A program made the position numbers and the translations under genes. The notes below the pieces were generated by a model. That model saw nothing but the letters and a program-made list of their open reading frames with translations, did not search any database and was not told where the DNA came from. Below are positions 55,473 to 63,291 of a stretch of 64,000 bases of DNA, piece after piece (within the stretch, counting starts at the first letter, position 1; every line of letters starts with the position of its first letter). Source of the DNA: Thermoplasmata archaeon (lineage in GTDB: Archaea > Thermoplasmatota > Thermoplasmata > RBG-16-68-12); the NCBI GenBank assembly GCA_035632695.1, contig DASQGG010000019.1, positions 3,701 through 67,700 on the forward strand, read 5' to 3'.

Positions 55473-55835
55473 TCACGCCGCGTCCAGCGCGATCGCTTCG
55501 CGGAGCAGCGCCCTCAACCGCGGTCGCCTGACCTCGCCCACCGCGTAGACCTTCACGTGGCGCAGATTCTTCCCGGTGCCCTCCAGGAGCGCCGTCGGAT
55601 CGCGCAAGGACGTGCCACGATAGAATTCGAGGTTCGTGTGGTCCGAGTGGGCGGCGATCGCGCAGACGTAGCTCTTCCCTCGATACCACGGCACGCCGTA
55701 TATCACCTTTTCCTGGAGATCCGGTCCCGTCTCAAGGACGAGGTCCCGAAGCGCCCGCGCGACCTCGCGCTGGGGCGGCTCGATCGCCGCGAGGAGCTTG
55801 TCCACATCCTCGCTGCGGCCCGAGGTGGATGGCAT
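55473..55835 (-). CDS. DUF1801 (YdhG-like) domain protein. The ORF is trimmed to MPSTSGRSED.
   Basis: The 120 aa C-terminal segment (VIYGVPWYRGKSYVCAIAAHSDHTNLEFYRG) resembles the DUF1801 family. The upstream part of the ORF is Arg-rich junk. Confidence 0.5.
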   Translation of the reverse strand: MPSTSGRSEDVDKLLAAIEPPQREVARALRDLVLETGPDLQEKVIYGVPWYRGKSYVCAIAAHSDHTNLEFYRGTSLRDPTALLEGTGKNLRHVKVYAVGEVRRPRLRALLREAIALDAA

Positions 55836-55876
55836 GGCGTCCCGGGCCAATGCTCCGCGGAACAAGTACGTTCGCG

Positions 55877-56641
55877 CTACGCGCCCTTTCGGCGCACCTT
55901 CTCCTGGGCTTCGCGGTACGCGTCGGTCCACAGGAGCTGCACGGCGTACTGGGCCTCGAGGAGGAACCGGTTGCGGTAGGGCTTCTCCTCGCCCTCCGTG
56001 AGGGCCCGTTTGATCGCATGGACCGCCGCCCGCGGCTCTTCCGCGAAGGATCGGGCCAGGGCGATCGCCTTGGTCATCGCCTCTCCTTTCTTCGTGACGT
56101 GCTCCACGAACCCGAGGGCCGCGGCCTCGCGGGCGTCCACATTGGCCGCCGACAGGAAGAGCTCCAGGGCCTTCGCACGCCCCACCATCCGCGGAAGGCG
56201 GGCCGTGCCGCCGTGGCTTGGCATCCACGCTCGGTCGATCTCCGGGAAGGCGAACGTCGCCGACTCCGAGGCGAACCGGAGGTCGCACGCCAGGGCGAGC
56301 TCCGCGCCCACGCTCTTGCACGAGCCCTCGACCGCGGCAATCGTGGGCTTCGAGAGATGCTCGAGGGCCCAGAAGGCTTCGAACCCCCGCTGGAGGGCGG
56401 TCTGCGCGTCCTTCGCGCTGAGCCCGGACCACTCCTCCAGGTCGGGACCCTCGCAGAACGTCCGGCCGCCCGCGCCCGCGACCACCACGGCGAGAGCCGC
56501 CGTGTCCTTCTCGAGTGCCGCCACATGGGCCGAGAGCTCGTGGATCATCGCCTGGGTGAGCCGGTTCTCCGGCGGGTGGTCGAGGAACAGGACCACGATG
56601 GGGCCCTCGCGCACGAGATCGATCCGCGGCGCTTCCGGCAT
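55877..56641 (-). CDS. Enoyl-CoA hydratase/isomerase family protein (second crotonase paralogue).
   Basis: A crotonase fold is present (VVAGAGGRTFCEGPDL, TIAAVEGSCKSVGAELALACDLRFA). A TATA-like AAACGGTTATCCG is centred about 35 bp upstream on the minus strand. Confidence 0.8.
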   Translation of the reverse strand: MPEAPRIDLVREGPIVVLFLDHPPENRLTQAMIHELSAHVAALEKDTAALAVVVAGAGGRTFCEGPDLEEWSGLSAKDAQTALQRGFEAFWALEHLSKPTIAAVEGSCKSVGAELALACDLRFASESATFAFPEIDRAWMPSHGGTARLPRMVGRAKALELFLSAANVDAREAAALGFVEHVTKKGEAMTKAIALARSFAEEPRAAVHAIKRALTEGEEKPYRNRFLLEAQYAVQLLWTDAYREAQEKVRRKGA

Positions 56642-56757
56642 GGCACTCCTCGTTTCGCCGAGGGCCGGGCGACGGATAACCGTTTCGCGTCTCGCGGCAC
56701 CGGGTTCGTCCCAACGAACGAGGATTACGTTTAATTCCCCAAGCCGCGGTTCCCCAG

Positions 56758-58494
56758 GTGGAAGAAGGGGAGGACATGCAGGCAGAGGCCATGCTGCCGA
56801 AGCCCTGGCACAAGCACTGGCCCGAGGGCGTGCCGAAGACGATCGAGTACCCGGACATCGCGGTCCACGAGCTGCTTCGCCGCACCGCGAGGGCGCATCC
56901 CGACTGGCCTGCGGTGCGCTTTTACGGGAAGGCCCTGTCGTACCGACAGCTGGACGACGACGCGGATCGGTTCGCCGCGGGCCTGCGCATCCTCGGCGTA
57001 AAACCGGGGGACCGCGTCTCCCTGCTCCTGCCGAACACGCCCCACTTCTTCGTCGCGCTGTTCGGAATCCTCCGAGCCGGCGCCATTGTCGTGCAGACGA
57101 ACCCCCTGTACACGCCGCGGGAGCTGGAGGCCCTCTACAACGACGCGGGCGTCGAGACGGTCGTCGCGATGGACCTCTTCTGGCCCAACCTGATCCGTGC
57201 GAAACCCAACACGCCCGTGAAGCGCGTCATCGTCTGCGACGTCGCGGAGTTCCTTCCGACGCCGCTGCGGCAGCTCTACCCGATTCGCAAGCGAGGCGAC
57301 CTGAAGAAGCAGGGACACTGGCCGCTCCGCATCCCGGCGGAGCCCTGGGTCCACCGGTTCCGGGAACTCCTCGCGACCCCGGGCCAGCCCGGCACGGAGC
57401 CGCCCGTGAACCCGCGCGAGGACGTGGCCGTGCTCCAGTACACGGGGGGCACGACGGGCACCCCCAAAGGGGCCATGCTCACCCACCGCAACCTCGTGGC
57501 CAACGCGCTCCAGACGTCCTCGTGGCTCCCCACCCGGGGACCCACCCAGGAGCGGTTCCTTGGGGTGATCCCCCTGTTCCACGTCTACGGACTCACGACC
57601 GCGCTCACGGGCCCCGTCACCCTCGGAGCCGAGGTCATCCTCCATCCGAACCCGAGGGAGATCAAGGCCATCCTCAAGCTGATCAACAAGACCCGGCCCA
57701 CGATCTTCCCCGGCGTCCCGACGTTGTACATCGCGCTTCTCCGTTTCCCGAAGCTCTCCAACTACGACCTGCACTCGATCAGGGCGTGCATCTCGGGGTC
57801 CGCGCCCCTGCCCAACGAGGTGCGGCACGAGTTCGAGCGCGTCACCGGGGGCAAGCTCGTCGAAGGGTTCGGGCTCACGGAGGCATCGCCCGTGACCCAC
57901 TCGAATCCGCTCGAGGGGCTGATCAAGGAGTGCATCGGGATTCCGTTCCCGGACACGGACTCCAAGATCGTGGACATGGAGGACGCGTCGAAGGACCTGC
58001 CCCAGGGCGAGGTCGGCGAGCTCGCGATCCACGGGCCTCAGGTGATGAAGGGGTACTGGCACAAGCCCGAGGAGACCGCGAACGTCCTCCACGACGGCTG
58101 GCTCCTGACGGGGGACATCGGGAAGATGGACACGGACGGGTACTTCTACATCGTGGACCGGAAGAAGGACATGATCCTCTGCTCCGGGTACAACGTGTAC
58201 CCACGCGAGGTCGAGGAGGTCCTGTACATGCACCCGGCCGTCCAGGAGGCCGCGGCGATCGGCGTTCCCGACCCGTACCGGGGCGAGAGCGTCAAGGCGT
58301 TCGTCGTGCTCAAGCCCGGCACGGCGGCGACCGCGGAGGAGATCATCGCGTTCTGCAAGGGCAAGCTCGCGCCGTTCAAGGTGCCCAAGCAGGTCGCGTT
58401 CGAAAAGGAGCTCCCGAAGACCATGGTCGGCAAGGTCCTGCGCCGGGAGCTCAAGGAGCGCGAGGCCGCGAAGGCGGGCGCCAAGGCTGCCTAG
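56758..58494 (+). CDS. AMP-dependent acyl-CoA synthetase (long-chain fatty-acid-CoA ligase type). A GTG start at 56758 would be leaderless relative to TATA ACGTTTAATT; alternative ATGs lie at 56776 and 56791.
   Basis: The product has the AMP-binding signature LQYTGGTTGTPKGAML, motif YGLTE, and the C-terminal lysine region (VPKTMVGKVLRREL). Confidence 0.85.
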   Translation: MEEGEDMQAEAMLPKPWHKHWPEGVPKTIEYPDIAVHELLRRTARAHPDWPAVRFYGKALSYRQLDDDADRFAAGLRILGVKPGDRVSLLLPNTPHFFVALFGILRAGAIVVQTNPLYTPRELEALYNDAGVETVVAMDLFWPNLIRAKPNTPVKRVIVCDVAEFLPTPLRQLYPIRKRGDLKKQGHWPLRIPAEPWVHRFRELLATPGQPGTEPPVNPREDVAVLQYTGGTTGTPKGAMLTHRNLVANALQTSSWLPTRGPTQERFLGVIPLFHVYGLTTALTGPVTLGAEVILHPNPREIKAILKLINKTRPTIFPGVPTLYIALLRFPKLSNYDLHSIRACISGSAPLPNEVRHEFERVTGGKLVEGFGLTEASPVTHSNPLEGLIKECIGIPFPDTDSKIVDMEDASKDLPQGEVGELAIHGPQVMKGYWHKPEETANVLHDGWLLTGDIGKMDTDGYFYIVDRKKDMILCSGYNVYPREVEEVLYMHPAVQEAAAIGVPDPYRGESVKAFVVLKPGTAATAEEIIAFCKGKLAPFKVPKQVAFEKELPKTMVGKVLRRELKEREAAKAGAKAA

Positions 58495-58503
58495 GTACGC
58501 GGC

Positions 58504-59556
58504 TCAGCGAACCTTCGCGAACGCCACGCGGGCCTCCGGGGCCTCGAGGAAGCGCGCCACGTCCTCCGCCTCGCGCTGCGCGCGATCACGCACCGCGGCT
58601 TCGAGCGGCACGTAGGGCGTAACCCGGACACGGAGCCGCTTCCCTTGGCGCTCGTAGGACCACTCGCCCGCGATCCGGCCGTCCACCAGGACCGCCGGGT
58701 ACACCCAGCCCGCGGCGCGGTAGATGCGTTTGTAGTGGGCTGCGTCGACGAGATGGTCTCTGCCCTTGTGGCCCATGAGGAACGAGTCGAAGTACGGGAG
58801 GAGACGCACCGTGGGCCGACCCAGCCGGGCGCGTTTCAGGGCCGGCAGATCGCGGCGGAGGATCCACATGGCCTGCCCGCCGACCGCCACGGGCTCCAGC
58901 TCGTTCGCAAGACGCGACCAGATCTGCCGGGCGCGCCCTACGGTCAGGATGCTCCACATGGCGAAATCGTGGACGGTCGCGGGACCGAAGCCCCCCAGGT
59001 ACCGGCGGAGGAACGCATCCTCGGCGTCCTCCGCGGGCATGTCGCGGAACGACGGCAGCCAGGCGTCCGGCCGGACGAAGGTGCTGCCCTGCCCGTTGTC
59101 CGGCCCGAAGCACGCGAGGACGCGATAGGAAGCCATGAACGCGAGATCGGGGACGGTGAACACGAGGCGCCCGACGCGGAAGCCCGAGGCGTCCGAGGGG
59201 CTGCCCCAGCCGCGGGACCCTTTCTTCTCGATGGGGACCCCGAGCGCGTCGCGGACGTGGGCCGCGATCTCGTTCCGGGTCCGCGGTCGGTCCATCGAGG
59301 CGCACGCCGCCTCCATGAGCCGCACGTCCGACCCCGGCGGAGCGCCCGACCGGGCCATCCAGGCCGCGACGCGGGCCAGCTGACGGGTACTCGATCCCCG
59401 GGCGAAGACCGCGAGCTCGTCCGAGGGGACCAAGTGGACGGTCCCCCGCATGCACCAGACCCGGGCCAGGGTGCGCTCTTCCCACAGGGCGCGCTCGATG
59501 TCGTCCAGTGTGAGGTTCCGCACGCGGACCCGGAGGGCGAGCTGGGCGGCCGCCAT
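58504..59556 (-). CDS. Winged-helix DNA-binding protein of the YcaQ/AlkZ (DUF1006) family, a putative DNA glycosylase.
   Basis: The 350 aa product has an N-terminal wH-like region and overall YcaQ-like organisation. This assignment is from pattern memory only. Confidence 0.45.
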   Translation of the reverse strand: MAAAQLALRVRVRNLTLDDIERALWEERTLARVWCMRGTVHLVPSDELAVFARGSSTRQLARVAAWMARSGAPPGSDVRLMEAACASMDRPRTRNEIAAHVRDALGVPIEKKGSRGWGSPSDASGFRVGRLVFTVPDLAFMASYRVLACFGPDNGQGSTFVRPDAWLPSFRDMPAEDAEDAFLRRYLGGFGPATVHDFAMWSILTVGRARQIWSRLANELEPVAVGGQAMWILRRDLPALKRARLGRPTVRLLPYFDSFLMGHKGRDHLVDAAHYKRIYRAAGWVYPAVLVDGRIAGEWSYERQGKRLRVRVTPYVPLEAAVRDRAQREAEDVARFLEAPEARVAFAKVR

Positions 59557-59829
59557 GACCTAGGCCTGGATGCCGCAGGCGTCGCCCACAGCTCGGGCGA
59601 GCTGGGTCTTCGGTACGGAGTGGTCGAGGTGGTGGCGAGCCATGCGAAACGCATGGACCTGCTCCCAGGTGACGCGCGTGGCGTCGCCGGGGTCCTCGTC
59701 TCGGCCCATCGGACGGTACGAGCCTGCCGGGCTAGAAATAGGTTCGCGGGAGTCGGGAGAAAGGGCGTGACCCCCGAAGCCTTATGACGCCCGACGGGCT
59801 TGTCCGCGGGAGTTCAAAGGGGAGCGGAG

Positions 59830-60243
59830 ATGGGCAAGATCGAGAGACCGAGTCTCGAGAGCCTGATCATGGACTTCGCGATGGCTCTGACGCGCCGCGC
59901 CACATGCAAGCGATTCCAGGTTGGATGCGTGATCACCTCGCAGGACATGACCCAAATCTACGGGTTTGGGTACAACGGGACGGCGAGGGGTCTCTCCCAC
60001 GAGGACTGCCGGGTGGACCAGGCGGGCGGGTGCGGCTGCGTTCATAGCGAGGTGAATGCCCTCATCAAGGTTCGTGTCAACGACCCCCATAAGGTCGTCT
60101 TTGTCACGGCGCAGCCCTGCATCACGTGCGCCAAGGCGATCGTGAACTCAGGAGTCTCCAAGGTGTACTACCGAGCCACGTACCGTTCGGATGAGGGCCT
60201 CGACGTCCTGCGACAGGTGGGCATCGAGGTTGAACGCGTCTGA
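59830..60243 (+). CDS. dCMP (deoxycytidylate) deaminase / CMP-dCMP deaminase zinc-binding family. A TTG alternative start lies at 59800.
   Basis: Zinc ligands are present (HSEVNAL and PCITCAKAI; H(A/S)E...PCxxC signature). Confidence 0.65.
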   Translation: MGKIERPSLESLIMDFAMALTRRATCKRFQVGCVITSQDMTQIYGFGYNGTARGLSHEDCRVDQAGGCGCVHSEVNALIKVRVNDPHKVVFVTAQPCITCAKAIVNSGVSKVYYRATYRSDEGLDVLRQVGIEVERV

Positions 60244-60258
60244 GCTCCCGGTATCGGC

Positions 60259-61089
60259 TCAGAAGTACTTCTGGGGACGATCCTCGAGCCCGAGGAACTC
60301 CTTCACCGCACTCACGAACTCGGACCGCTTCTCCACATGGGGCCAGTGGCCACAGTCGTCGAGGACCACCAAGCGCGACCCTGCGATCCCGCGGTGGACT
60401 TCCTCCGCGCGCTCCAGGGGCACGCGCACGTCGTCCCGCCCATGGACGATGAGCGTCGGCACCCGGATTTCCTCGAGCCGCTGGCGGACGTCGTAGGTGT
60501 TCGCGCCCACAGTAACCACCCACTTCAGCCGCTCCGGTGAGAACCGCATCCGCGGGAGCAACTCGTCCATCGCGTGGGCGAAGATCTCGGGACGGCGTAC
60601 GGAGCGTGCGACCTCGTCCCGCATCCGCTCCCGCATCGCCTCCTCCGTGGCGGGAAAGCCTCGATCCGTGCGGAGCGGACTCGGGTCGGACCACCAGGCA
60701 GCCGTGGACAGCAGGACGAGATGGGACACACGATCGGGGTACCGCAGGGCGTACGTGAGCGCGACGGCCCCGCCGCCGGAGTGCCCGAGGACCACGCTCC
60801 GCGGCAGGCCGACCGCATCGGCCACCGCCGCGGCATCCCGCACCGTGGCGTCTCGGGAAAACTCGTCCTCAGACCGCACGGGATCGGAGCCGCCCACACC
60901 GCGCGGGTCGAACGTGACCAGGGCCATGTAGAACCCCAGGGAGGAGAAGCCCCGCGTCTGCACGTAGGAGTCGAGTCCCCACGGCACGGGCATGACGAGA
61001 GCGAACGGTCCCTTGCCGCTCACGCGGTACAGGATGCGCGCGCCGTCGGGCGCGGTCGCGAAGGCCTCCTCGACCTCCAGCGCGCACAT
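60259..61089 (-). CDS. Alpha/beta-fold hydrolase.
   Basis: The product has the nucleophile elbow GHSGGG, an HGRDD region and a C-terminal His (CGHWPH). Confidence 0.7.
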   Translation of the reverse strand: MCALEVEEAFATAPDGARILYRVSGKGPFALVMPVPWGLDSYVQTRGFSSLGFYMALVTFDPRGVGGSDPVRSEDEFSRDATVRDAAAVADAVGLPRSVVLGHSGGGAVALTYALRYPDRVSHLVLLSTAAWWSDPSPLRTDRGFPATEEAMRERMRDEVARSVRRPEIFAHAMDELLPRMRFSPERLKWVVTVGANTYDVRQRLEEIRVPTLIVHGRDDVRVPLERAEEVHRGIAGSRLVVLDDCGHWPHVEKRSEFVSAVKEFLGLEDRPQKYF

Positions 61090-61093
61090 GGAG

Positions 61094-62161
61094 TCAGCCC
61101 GCGTCCGGCACGGCGCGCGGCGAGGGAGCGGGCCGCGCGACCGCCTCCGGTGTGGATGCGGGCGCAGGGCCCTCGTCCTTGGGCGGCAGGAGCAGGTTCC
61201 GAATTACGGGCGTGAACGGATCCACGAGGCCGCCCGCGAAGCCCTTCTCCTGGAGCGCGGGGACGTCGGTTTCCTGGACGCCTCCGCCCACGTGCACGGC
61301 GAGGTCGGAGCCTTCGAGGGCGCGCAAGAGGTCGGCGTCCGGGCCTGCCTCCGTGCCGAGCCGCCGCAGGTCCATCACGCACACGGCGGAATAGCCGACG
61401 GCCCGGAGCGCGCGCAGGACCTCCCGCACGTCCGTGCGCACTTCCCGCGGGTCCGCCCACAGGACCTTCCCGTCCCAGTCCAGGCAGGGCAGGACCGCGG
61501 GCGAGAGCGCGTACGCCTCCGTGAACGCGTCCAGGGAGGGCAGCGTCTTGGTGCTCACGACCACGCGCTCCACATCGAGCATGTAGCCGTCCATGATGTC
61601 GTCCGAGTCGCGGACGCCGAGGTCCAGCCACACGTCGCACCGCTTGACCAGGTGCCGCATCACGTCGAAGTTCGGGTTGGACCGCTCGATCCCCGTGAGG
61701 TCGAGCATGAACACGAGGGAGGCGTTGTACCGCGAGCCGCCGATCACATTCCAGTACTCCGGGAAGGACACGCGGTAGCCGTTGGGCACGAGCCGCTGCC
61801 CGTCCCAACGTACGCCGACGACCGCGGCGGAGCGGACCGGGAGCTGGTCCAGGAGGGGCACGTCCACAAGGGGTTCCGTGTAGATGGGGAGGATGGGGAC
61901 GCTCGGCGCGGTCTTCAGGGGCTTGTCCGCAGCGGCGTGGCCCCGTTCCCGGATCTCCTTCTGGAACTGGGCCCGCTGGGCTTCCGTGTCGAAGATCACG
62001 GGCATGGCCTCGTACTTGCAGTCCTCGCAGATGTACGAGTACGCGTCGCTGTCGATCCCGGGGATCGGACCCATCACGAGGAGCTTGGGGTGCACCCGGC
62101 GGCTGCCGCACCGCGCGCACGCGGCGATCCCCTCGGGTCCCCACCGTCTCCGCGCCGCCAT
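61094..62161 (-). CDS. HisA/HisF-like TIM-barrel protein with an N-terminal C4 zinc ribbon (function unknown). The ORF is trimmed to MAARRRWG.
   Basis: The N-terminus has CARCG...CEDC. The C-terminal region AVHVGGGVQETDVPALQEKGFAGGLVD resembles the HisA/HisF phosphate-binding motif. The upstream part of the ORF is low-complexity. Confidence 0.4.
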   Translation of the reverse strand: MAARRRWGPEGIAACARCGSRRVHPKLLVMGPIPGIDSDAYSYICEDCKYEAMPVIFDTEAQRAQFQKEIRERGHAAADKPLKTAPSVPILPIYTEPLVDVPLLDQLPVRSAAVVGVRWDGQRLVPNGYRVSFPEYWNVIGGSRYNASLVFMLDLTGIERSNPNFDVMRHLVKRCDVWLDLGVRDSDDIMDGYMLDVERVVVSTKTLPSLDAFTEAYALSPAVLPCLDWDGKVLWADPREVRTDVREVLRALRAVGYSAVCVMDLRRLGTEAGPDADLLRALEGSDLAVHVGGGVQETDVPALQEKGFAGGLVDPFTPVIRNLLLPPKDEGPAPASTPEAVARPAPSPRAVPDAG

Positions 62162-62171
62162 GCGAGGTGCC

Positions 62172-62318
62172 TCAGTCCACGCGGATGACCTTGACCCGCT
62201 TCCCGATCCAGTCGGGCGGGAGGTACACGCGGCCCGAGCTGCCGCTCTTCGCGACGACCTTCTCGAGCATCTCTTCGCCGAACACCTCGAACTTGGATTC
62301 TCTGCGCGTCCGCGCCAT
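62172..62318 (-). CDS. Small (48 aa) AbrB/SpoVT-like protein that resembles the DUF2080 family from memory.
   Basis: The product is MARTRRESKFEVFGEEMLEKVVAKSGSSGRVYLPPDWIGKRVKVIRVD. The GSSGRVYLPPDWIGKRVKV swapped-hairpin-like motif is present. It lies 10 bp upstream of the HisA/F-like gene. It is below the ORF-track length cut-off as an independent gene. Confidence 0.35.
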   Translation of the reverse strand: MARTRRESKFEVFGEEMLEKVVAKSGSSGRVYLPPDWIGKRVKVIRVD

Positions 62319-62448
62319 GGCGGCTCCCCCGTGAGGGCACGCCCCGCGCGGAGATAAACGTTTGCCGGGTTGGTTATCTTGTAGCTGCAACCCGAGTTCC
62401 GCGGCAGAAAGGTCATGTAGGCCCCCGGCCCATGCCCGAGCGGACCCC

Positions 62449-63225
62449 ATGGCCCGCCCCAGGAGCCGGGCACCGCCCGGATCGTCGTTCGAACTGTACG
62501 CCCAGGCGATGCTCGACTTCTGGATGGGGAAGCACGTCCGCGTGGAGTTCGAGCGGGACGACGGGTACCGCAGCTTGTCCGCGATCCACGCGTACTTCAG
62601 CACGTTCAACGCGTGGCCTCGGATGGAGCGAGAGGCCATGAAGGAGGTCCGAGGACGCGTGCTCGATCTGGGCTGCGGCCCCGGGCGCCATGCGCTCTAC
62701 CTCCAGACCAAGCGCCACCCGGTCGTCGGCCTCGACGCCTCGCCGACCCAGGTCGCCCTCGCCCGGATCCGGGGCGTTCAGGAGGTCTACCTCGGGAACG
62801 TGCACCGGATCCCCCGGGGGCTGGGCACGTTCGACACCGTGCTGCTCCTGGGCAACAACCTCGGCCTGCCCGGAGACGTGCCGCACATGCGCGCGTTCCT
62901 CCGCGGCCTGAAGCCCGTCATGCGGCGGAAGGGGCGCCTCGTGGGCCACGGCCGGATCCCGGGCACGTGGTCCGTGGACCATCTGCCCTACGTGAAGCGG
63001 AACATCGCGCGGGGCCGTCCCGCGGGGCAGCTCACCCTCCGCGTCCGCTACAAGGGCCGCATCGGGGACTGGTTCGACCTGCTCCTCCTGTCGCCGGAGG
63101 ACCTCGCGCGGATCGCACACCAGAGCGGATGGGAACTCACGCGCGTGATCTGGGGCGGCGGCTACGCGCCCGGCGACTACATAGCGGTCGTCGAACCCCG
63201 CGGACGCATGGCTCGCTCGATTTAG
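62449..63225 (+). CDS. SAM-dependent methyltransferase (class I). The start is trimmed to MARPRSRAPP.
   Basis: Motif I VLDLGCGPGRH and a post-I acidic residue (VVGLDAS) are present. A TATA-like GGTTATCTTG lies at 62381-62390. Confidence 0.55.
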   Translation: MARPRSRAPPGSSFELYAQAMLDFWMGKHVRVEFERDDGYRSLSAIHAYFSTFNAWPRMEREAMKEVRGRVLDLGCGPGRHALYLQTKRHPVVGLDASPTQVALARIRGVQEVYLGNVHRIPRGLGTFDTVLLLGNNLGLPGDVPHMRAFLRGLKPVMRRKGRLVGHGRIPGTWSVDHLPYVKRNIARGRPAGQLTLRVRYKGRIGDWFDLLLLSPEDLARIAHQSGWELTRVIWGGGYAPGDYIAVVEPRGRMARSI

Positions 63226-63291
63226 GTCCGCCGAAATTTATAGAAATCCGGCGGGTAAGTTTCATCAGGGAGGGCCCCTTGGTTGACATGG

